A stretch of DNA of 32,129 nucleotides from Nemertoderma westbladi (Eukaryota > Animalia > Xenacoelomorpha), in assembly GCA_032718475.1 (NCBI GenBank), contig JAUCBJ010001547.1:1-32129 (forward strand), in the 5' to 3' direction. Below the pieces are notes generated by a model. That model was not told the origin of the DNA. It saw only the letters and a list, made by a program, of their open reading frames with translations, and did not search any database. Positions 24,132 to 32,129 of the stretch are shown piece by piece (the first letter of the stretch is position 1; every line of letters starts with the position of its first letter). Both the position numbers and the translations under genes were made by a program.

Positions 24132-27100
24132 TCAGGCGACGTCTCCTGTGGGTATGTGTAATTCCGGTGTGTCGAGTCCGATCAATAAGGTGATGCAGTT
24201 CATGTCCAACGGTGGACATCTTAGGTCTACATCTTCCCGGTCTAACTGTATGAGAGGGGCGTATTCAGCTGATTGTCGGAACCGCACTCGGAGATCGGTG
24301 TGTACCAAGGCGTTCTTGATTGTCAGCTTGACTGTCTCGTAACCCTTCATGACTCCTTCCATCTGGAGCTGCACCTCCCCGGACTCTACTTCTCTATGGT
24401 CGGTGATAGTTTGTATGGGCCGTTTGCAAGGTTCGTAGTCTAGGCCGAGTTGTTCAAGGAAATCCCGGTCGATGATGGTTCCGTCCGACCCGTTATCAAG
24501 GAACGCGAGCGTTGTGAAGGATTTCCCGACCCATTGAATTCTTACTGGGATTACTTTGGCGAAGACCATGTAACGGCGATTTATAAGGTTGATCGTGGCC
24601 GAGATATTTGTCACTTGTGATACATCGGTGGAGGTCTTAAACGGGTTGGTTTCCCTCCGTTGAATCGTCCGGGTTCCTTTAGAGACGTGGTTCGTTTCTC
24701 CTCTTCGTTTGGCTTCGATCCGAAAGGGGAGGGTGGTAAAGTCGAAGTTCGCGGGGATGTGGAGGAGTGTGTGATGACGTAGGTCATTACAGACCGCACA
24801 GCACGATCTTTGGTCGCAATCCCGAACATAGTGACCTGTTCCAAGACACCGGAAGCATCCTCGGTGTTTCATTATCGCCTCGAAGCGTGGTGCGAGTTCG
24901 GCAAACTGGAACTTTCTGCAGAATTCCACCTTATGTTTCTCTCCGCAGAAGAGACAGAGAAGGGAGTTTGTGGTGCCTTCCCTTTCGGGTGCCCAATTCG
25001 CAAGATAACACGCCCATTCCTCGGCTGATGTCGGTTCCTCGTAGTCCTCGTCGTCAGAATCCTCGGCCATGGTGATAGCCATCGTACTCACCGGAGGGGG
25101 ACGGAATCTCGGTTTCTGAGTGGGTGTCCTGCTCCTGGAGTTGTTCTCTATTCCATCTAACTTGGCGAGACTTTGTTTGGAGAACATCGAGTCATTCATG
25201 GCTTCGGAGATATCATCCAGGAATGCCGACATTTCGAGGAAACTGGGATCTCGATCTGGGTGTCTGCGTCGGAGATCTACGCATTTATACGCCCACTTAC
25301 TTTGCAGCCATCCGGGGAACTTTCGGGCGATCTGTCGGAGGTTTAGAATGTTGTTTACTTGTTCCTCCTTATTTAATGGTTTTAGAGTGTAGTAGGCATC
25401 TTTCATGGAATCCGAGAACTCCTGGATATTCTGTGGGTCCCCTAGGGATCCCGCGTCCTGTATCAGTTTCTCGAGAGTTTTATTAAATATAGTCCCGGTA
25501 TTTCCGTATCTTTTGTCTAGAGTTTTCCATGCATCATAGTATGCTTCATGAGCTCCTCCCTCAAAACATGCAATGATTCGGCGTGGTTTGTCGCCCAGGT
25601 ATTGGGATAAATATACCAGTTTTTGTGTGTCGGCTATATCCGTTGACCCAATCTGAGTGAAGAACCGTTTATTGAATCTGAGGTAATCGACGGGGTCTCC
25701 TTCGAAGGTGCGGATCTCCATCTTGGGCATGGCCAGGCGGTTTTCCAATGCCCGGATAATGCCGACGTCATCTGAACTGGAATGACTAGGAGGGTTATAG
25801 TTATTGGCACTCTCTCCCATGCACGATGGATCGATGAGAGGTAGAGTTTTAATGATGACGCAGTTACGGATTTGTGGTGTGGATGTAAACGGGTTGTTGG
25901 ATCGAGGGGTGGCGTCCCGTTCCGAGTCCTTTTCAGGCTCGTACTTGGGAACGCTCGGGACCGTGGGGTTGGCTGGGAAATAAGGTTCCTCATTCTTAAG
26001 CGTAACCGGTGGGGGATGGAATACCGGTGCTTGTGCCGATAACGTAGACTGTATGGTTGGCGGGAACTCGGGTTTCGGAGGTTTCGCCGCTGGTGGCGTA
26101 AATGACTTCTCTAATTCCGGGACCGGGATTGGTTCATAGTTCTGTTCTATACCCCTTTCCCAGTCCTCATATAGTTGAAGATCCCGTTCTATGATTGCGG
26201 CTTCGTATTCCGCAAGTTTCCCAATATCCGCATTCTTTTTATGGATGAGAATCGCTTGGGCCTCGGCATGTTGTTTACGCATTTCTGCCTCCAGTTTACG
26301 TTGTTCGGCCTCCTGTTCGGCCTGTCGTTCGGCCTCTCGTCTACGTTGTTCGGCCTCCTGTTCGGCCTCTCATTTACATTGTTCGGCCTCCTGTTTGGCC
26401 TCTCGTTCACGTTGTTCGGCCTGTCGTTCGGCCTCTCATCTACGTTGTTCGGCCTGTTGTTCGGCCTCTCGTCTACGTTGTTCGGCCTGTTGTTTGGCCT
26501 CTCGTTTTTGCATTTCGGCTGCTAATACATCTTGCTCGACTCGCAGTTGAACATATTCATCTTCCATCCGAGCTTTGAGGGCCAATGCCCTCTGTTCTCG
26601 TAGCTGATCTCGGAGTGGCTGACCCCCTTGAGAACTGCGTGCTGAACCGAACATCTCGCTCCTAGCGCTGGAGTGCTGGTGCCTCCCGGACCCCGTTCTC
26701 TTTCGATAAATTGCTGTCCTGGTGCTGGAGGTTCGCACCGATTCTGCGTCTGTTCTTTCAGTTCTCTTATAGTACTGTTCCTCGTAGCCTCTCACGAGGC
26801 TGAGGGTCCTCCGGTGTTGTTTGCGGAACTCATCTAGATGTACAACGTGTTCTTCTAGTCTGGGGTAGTTTACCTGATCGGTGGCTGGGATGAGTTCTTG
26901 ATATGCCTGTATCATTCTCTCATATCGTTGTAAGATACTTCGGATGTTCTGTAGCTGAGTTTGTATCTCGTTGAGGGGGGGTTTCGACTCCCTTGAGTTG
27001 TTTCTCTATACGTTGATACGCTCGAGTGACTCCGCCTTTGAGAGCGCCTAGTCGACGGGTCATGTTCTTTACGTTCGGTACCTCGTCGGCTTCCGAGTCT

Positions 27101-27147
27101 GTGTGGTGGTCCATCTCATCGGTATCGGAGACGTTGTTCGTCGTCAT
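24132..27147 (-). pseudogene. gag: BEL gag-protease region split by frameshifts (pieces 26920-27147, 26436-26915, 24132-26282)
   Basis: FEGDPVDY capsid-like motif; CLFCGEKHKVEFC, CFRCLGTGHYVRDC, CAVCNDLRHHTLLH; protease FLDNGSD. Confidence 0.92.
26290..26510 (-). repeat. Coding tandem repeat in Gag coiled-coil (EAEQQAEQRR-type units)
   Basis: Repeated TGTTCGGCCT units. Confidence 0.85.
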
Positions 27148-27335
27148 TCTAGCGCCTCGTTGATAGCTAGATATGCGATGTCGTAAAATAGTTCTTCGTA
27201 GGTCTCGTATTCAGCTTGGAGTACTCGAACGGTAATCCTGAATTGTCTGACGTTCGTTCCTTGTACTTCAACCTCGACGTGCCAGATTCCTGGCTCAACT
27301 TGGATTATATCAATGGGTGTGATCGATACTTCCAT
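27144..27335 (-). CDS. 63-aa upstream ORF of unknown function, stop overlapping the gag ATG (ATGA)
   Basis: ATG in good context (GGAATGG); protein-like beta-strand/helix patterning; 4-nt overlap with the gag start. Confidence 0.45.
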   Translation of the reverse strand: MEVSITPIDIIQVEPGIWHVEVEVQGTNVRQFRITVRVLQAEYETYEELFYDIAYLAINEALE

Positions 27336-27580
27336 TCCCTGTTAACGACTCTCTATATGTGATCCGCCGACTACGAGTTTATTAGTTCGAGTTTGTCGAT
27401 TGATTAAACCACGGCTTTGTCTTAACTCAAATACCAGAGTTTCCTCGTAGTGGGTACTGGGTAAGCACGGAGAGAGTTTGAAGAGTATTGTAGGATTCCC
27501 AACTTCCACCAGTCGAAGTTGGCTGCGTCTTATTCTCAATTCTGACAGCCTGTCAAAATTGACTCCCTTATTCTCAATTC

Positions 27581-28959
27581 TGTTGCCGTTATTCCCGACA
27601 CCATGGGGGAAAATGCCGATGCTGGAGGCGGAACTTTTCAGACCATGGAATCTCGGCCAGTCACCGGATATTGGTAGTGGAGAAGGAATACGTTCTTAAA
27701 TGCAAGATTGCGGTTGAGGAAAAGTTTCATTGGTTGGATATACTCTTTAATGTAACTTCCCTACAGTTGAACCTTGATTGAGAATAAGTTGGGCTTCCCC
27801 AAACCAATATACACCAAATATTCACAATAATATAACACGACAATATAAATCCCTACAGTATATTATTTAATTACCCACTGTTCACTCAGATTTTAGCCTA
27901 ACTAATGTTCCCCAATTTTCCCCCGGTCCTAGTCTCAGTACCGTAGTGTCGTTGTCGGTCGACCCTGTTGTGTGTCCGTCCCACCCTTCCCGAACCCCGA
28001 AGGGATTGGTCATCAGGAACCAGTACGGCTTGGCTAGGGGTCTGTCATGTCGGTGGACCCATTTGCGTGTCCGTCTCACCCTTCCCGAACCCCGAAGGGA
28101 TCGGTCATCAGGAACCAGTACGGCTTGGCTAGGGGTCCGTCGGTTCATCGCAGGGACCCAACCACCTAGGCTTTCTGAGTCGTTATTCAGGCTCGTAGTC
28201 GCTTCGGCAGCCGAGAAGCTGCTCCGAACAGTCGGTAGGCCAGTAGAGTCCTTTGTCTTTCGACCCCGTTGCGTGTCCGTCCCACCCTTCCCGAACCCCG
28301 AAGGGATCGGTCAGGAACCAGTACGGCTTGGCAAGGGGTCTGTCAGCCCGTCGTGAGCCCCAACGGTTGGTGGTTTTCCGAGTCCTTATTCAGGGACGTA
28401 CTAACGCTGGTCGTGGATCCCACTTCAGGAAGGCAGTCCTCGTCGAACCCTTCCTCCGTTAGTCAGTCGACCAGTTCGCGTGTCCATCCCACCCTTCCCG
28501 AACCCCGAAGGGATCGGTCAGGAACCAGTACGGCTTGGCTAGGGGTCTGTCGTCGGTTCCCATCGCAAATCCCTGACACAAGCAGCTTTCTTTCCGATGT
28601 CCTTTTCAGGCTCGTAATAACTGCTGTTGGCCAGGGACCGCTAAGGGCAGTCCTTGTCCTTTAGACCTAGCGAGTTACCAAATCCACCTCTACAGGCAGC
28701 AGGAAGTTGGCTAGGCCTAATAGTAATCAGGCAAACCTGAATACTGCTTAACTTTTCCTCCCACCCCTGGCCCTTAAATACATGAAATGAGTCCCGTACC
28801 CCGTAAGTCACCCCAATATTTGCCCATAAATCGCCCCCAGTCCATTGATTATGCCCAAAACCCATGTTCCCGCACCCAGTAGTAATATCGGAATATTCAT
28901 TTAAGATAAATCCAAAAAATATTCAACTCGCGTTAGGAAAAGTTGAAATACCGCAAACA
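27581..28959 (-). repeat. 5' LTR of BEL element (1379 bp)
   Basis: Direct repeat of 15152-16533; candidate TATA (TATTTAAG, ~28773-28780 minus) and ATTAAA (~27746-27751 minus). Confidence 0.95.
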
Positions 28960-28968
28960 AAGTAGGTC

Positions 28969-29026
28969 ATTAATTAATTAAACAATTAATTAATTGGTTG
29001 ATTAAACAATTAATTAATTGTTTAAT
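28969..29026. repeat. AT-rich duplicated palindrome; perfect 26-bp palindrome at 29001-29026
   Basis: ATTAAACAATTAATTAATTGTTTAAT is its own reverse complement; an imperfect copy lies immediately upstream. Confidence 0.85.
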
Positions 29027-29558
29027 AGATCGATTTGTATCAAATAATGTTGCCGGCTTTAATTTGACACAAATCAATCAGATAGGGGACGCGCGATGAA
29101 TAGATTGTACTACAGTAGGGCTTGCCTTGGTATGTTGCCATGGTAGCCTTCAGCTTCGTTATCATGTAAGATTGGAAACCTTAGGTTTACATCTTACGCG
29201 CCAGCATTCCCTCAATCGCACATAGACCAACTACAACCATTAATTACCACACATACGAGCCCATATGTTAAATTAATCCTCAACCATTTCTATACTAGAT
29301 ACTGTAGTTTTATGTACCATACGACCATTGTCAAATCCCCTGAGAAATTACAATAAACATCTGGTTTACAATAGATTATTCTTCTTTCACAACTCCATTC
29401 TAGCCTCCCTCTATAATAGCCCCCATTCACCGCATTCCCATTCATTCTCTAATTTTTATTGTTAAAAGTTTTATTTATTTTCATAAAAGTTTTATTTATT
29501 TAAAATTTTGTAAAATCATTCAGCGAAAATTCATAATATCAATTGACATTGCTATATA

Positions 29559-30611
29559 ATGCATAGAGATGAAAGATGTTTGGTTTGTAATAAAGAAATG
29601 AGACAAGACAATCTATCTCGTCATATGGAAAGACATAGAAAGGATAAACTAATGGATCCATTACCAAAGAAATTTAAAAAATCCGAAGATATTTTTAATG
29701 AAGATGAAAAGAAAAAGAGAGTTGAGCGTGATATATTAAAGATAAAACAGACAATGGAAAATAAATTTCATAAAGTTATGAATATTTTGAAAGGGATACA
29801 AAAACAGTTACCCCTAGAAAATGATGAAAATTTGAGTGAGGAAGATGAAGAAGAAGAGGACGATGAGATGGAGAATGAAAATAGTGAGGGTCAGGATGAA
29901 GTTGAAGAGAGTGAGGTTGAGAACGAAGTGAGTGAAGGTCAGGAAGAGGACGAAGAAAGTGAAGGTCAGGAAGAGGGTGAAGAAAGCGAAGGTCAGGAAG
30001 AGAATGAAGAAAGTGAAGAACAGGAAGAGGATGAAGAAAGTGAAGAACAGGAAGAGGATGACGAAAGTGAAGGTCAGAAAGAGGATGAAGAAAGTGAAGG
30101 TCAGGAAGAGGACGAAGAAAGTGAAGGTCAGGAAAGTGAAGAAGATGATGAAAATGATAATAATAAGGAAATATTGAGACAATTACTTGGAAATAAGAAT
30201 AAATTGCGGAAAATTATTAAACATTTGAAGGAAAATGAAGAAAATAAAGAGGTGACATTGACCCAAGTTCTAGGAAGTAAAATTAAATTACAGAAATTTA
30301 TTAAACATTTAGAAGAGAATGATGAAAATAAAGAAGAGATATTGAGACAAATATTAGGAAACAAAAATCAAATGCGGAAATTTATTAAACAAATGGAAGA
30401 AAATGAGGAAAATAGAGAAGAGATATTAAGACAGGTTCTGGGAAATAAAAGTAAATTACTGAAAATTAATGAACAATTGAATAAAATTAAGAAACAGTTG
30501 GTTAATGAGGAAGATGAAAGTAAAGAAAATCAACCAGCTTTTACTTATTTTCGAAGACCTATGATAAAAAACTCTCGTACAGTATATGCCCGCGCAGGAG
30601 GACACTATTGA
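29559..30611 (+). CDS. Intronless 350-aa protein: N-terminal C2H2-like zinc finger, acidic 9-aa repeats, four 27-aa helical repeats; possibly Polinton/virus-associated
   Basis: CLVCNKEMRQDNLSRHMERH; (EESEGQEED)n; (NKEILRQLLGNKNKLRKIIKHLKENEE)x4; TATAATAG at ~29413 upstream. Confidence 0.7.
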   Translation: MHRDERCLVCNKEMRQDNLSRHMERHRKDKLMDPLPKKFKKSEDIFNEDEKKKRVERDILKIKQTMENKFHKVMNILKGIQKQLPLENDENLSEEDEEEEDDEMENENSEGQDEVEESEVENEVSEGQEEDEESEGQEEGEESEGQEENEESEEQEEDEESEEQEEDDESEGQKEDEESEGQEEDEESEGQESEEDDENDNNKEILRQLLGNKNKLRKIIKHLKENEENKEVTLTQVLGSKIKLQKFIKHLEENDENKEEILRQILGNKNQMRKFIKQMEENEENREEILRQVLGNKSKLLKINEQLNKIKKQLVNEEDESKENQPAFTYFRRPMIKNSRTVYARAGGHY

Positions 30612-30637
30612 CATTTGTTTGTTTGAGTTCCTTTCAT

Positions 30638-30765
30638 AATAGTATTAGGACTATTTATCCATAACAATTATATTAGTATTAGGAGTATTTATCCTTAATT
30701 ATTATATTAGTATTATAAATGTATTTGCCAACAATATTTATTACTATTAGGTCTATTTATTCAAG
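30638..30765. repeat. Degenerate ~33-bp minisatellite
   Basis: Recurrent TAGTATTAGGA.TATTTATCC. Confidence 0.6.
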
Positions 30766-31081
30766 AAATTATATGTTTTTTATAATATATTTTGGAAAAT
30801 TAGTCGACTAAGTCATAATTTTTAAAACTTTAAATAAGGGTTGAGTTATTTTATAAAGTTAAGAAGAGTGAATCAATGGAGGCAACCTGAAGTCTAATCT
30901 CTTGCCCTTTACTCATAAGACCGCACATTAACTCCCAAGGTTGCATACTATCACTATAGCTGGGAGAGTCAAAGCTAGTGTACACTAGATTCAGCCTAGA
31001 GCTAGGAAAAAGAATAATGCTCTTCTAGGGTTCGAACCTATTGCTGACCGAGGCCTATTGCTGACCGAACGAAAACTGTCC

Positions 31082-31154
31082 TGGTTCATGCAGGGATCGA
31101 ACCCATGACATGCGGGAGATGTGAATTCAACGCAACCACTACACCAAGGTGAAA
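31082..31154 (-). pseudogene. tRNA-derived sequence (pseudo-tRNA or SINE head); a second B-box remnant at ~31017-31040
   Basis: Minus strand has A-box TGGTGTAGTGG and B-box GGTTCGATCCC at tRNA-like spacing; no clean cloverleaf. Confidence 0.55.
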
Positions 31155-31213
31155 CAGTAACCTTCGAATTTGTTCGTTGACGTTCGGATTTGTAAGACTT
31201 TCATTTAAGACCT

Positions 31214-32019
31214 GACACAGACTATGCCTCACTGAGGCATAGACTATGCCTCACTGAGGCACTGAGGCAAGACTATGCACTGAGGCACTGAGGCATAGAC
31301 TATGACTCACTGAGGCATAGACTATGCCTCACTGAGGCACTGAGGCACAGACTATGCCTCACTGAGGCATAGACTATGCCTCACTGAGGCAGACTATGCC
31401 TCAGAGCATAGACTATGCCTCACTGAGGCACTGAGGCATAGACTATGCCTCACTGAGGCATAGACTATGCCTCACTGAGGCACTGAGGCACTGAGGCATA
31501 GACTATGCCTCACTGAGGCATAGACTATGCCTCACTGAGGCATAGACTATGCCTCACTGAGGCACTGAGGCATAGACTATGCCTCACTGAGGCATAGACT
31601 ATGACTCACTGAAGCATAGACTATGCCTCACTGAAGCACAGAGGCACAGACTATGACTCACTGAGGCATAGACTATGCCTCACTGAGGCACTGAGGCATA
31701 GACTATGCCTCACTGAGGCACTGAGGCATAGACTATGACTCACTGAGGCATAGACTATGCCTCACTGAGGCACTGAGGCACAGACTATGCCTCACTGAGG
31801 CATAGACTATGCCTCACTGAGGCATTGAGGCATAGACTATGCCTCACCGAGGAATAGACTATGCCTCACTGATGCACTGAGGCATAGACTATGACTCACT
31901 GAGGCATAGACTATGCCTCACTGAAGCACTAAGGCATAGACTATGACTCACTGAGGCATAGACTAGGCCTCACTGAGGCACTGAGGCATAGACTATGCCT
32001 CATTGAGGCATAGACTATG
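31214..32019. repeat. 22-bp palindromic minisatellite (ACTGAGGCATAGACTATGCCTC)n with interspersed 8-bp ACTGAGGC subunits
   Basis: Directly visible, about 30 units. Confidence 0.95.
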
Positions 32020-32129
32020 TGCATATTGGTGAATCTGAGGCAAGTCACTAGACTAGCCTCAGTAAACACCCTAAAACTCGGGTCCCCAATGCGACAAGGT
32101 GAGCTGACTGCCTTGGCAGATAAGCTTTC

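Larger units (their letters stand above)
15152..28959 (-). mobile_element. BEL/Pao LTR retrotransposon, full length (13.8 kb), frameshifted, with an additional ORF region
   Basis: ~1.38 kb LTRs TGTT...AACA; 5-bp TSD AAGTA at 15147-15151 and 28960-28964; triple zinc-knuckle Gag; PR-RT-RH-INT with BEL-type motifs. Confidence 0.95.

Noticed and set aside
28962-28971. GTAGGTCATT beside the insertion site also occurs near the PPT (~16581)
   Set aside because: A 10-bp match is compatible with chance
29814-30364. Phe-rich and Lys-rich overlapping ORFs
   Set aside because: Alternate frames of the acidic repeat
31082-31154. Functional tRNA gene
   Set aside because: A and B boxes are present but the acceptor and anticodon stems do not pair convincingly
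31214-32019. CRISPR-like palindromic repeat array
   Set aside because: No unique spacers, no cas genes, eukaryotic context

Overview
Repeat-dense eukaryotic (probably invertebrate animal) DNA with no recognisable host gene. It contains: (1) a young, intact Ty3/Gypsy LTR retrotransposon of CsRN1 type (1-4386, minus strand) with identical LTRs, a tRNA-Trp PBS and a -1 frameshift signal; (2) several decayed LINE reverse-transcriptase fragments, one split by a Helentron/HINE-like element whose 145+147 bp higher-order repeat carries a CTCF-like motif in every monomer; (3) a complete but frameshifted 13.8 kb BEL/Pao element (15152-28959, minus strand, AAGTA target-site duplication); (4) an intronless zinc-finger/acidic-repeat ORF that may belong to a Polinton/Maverick into which the BEL element inserted; (5) tRNA-derived remnants and a self-complementary 22-bp satellite. 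The best novelty candidate is the BEL element. In the env position it carries a predicted DEDDy 3'-5' exonuclease plus zinc-knuckle and Arg-rich protein. It also has a 63-aa uORF overlapping the gag start, repeated structured RNA modules in its long LTRs (one also present inside gag), and no canonical tRNA PBS. All domain and family calls come from recognising motifs by eye; no searches were run.
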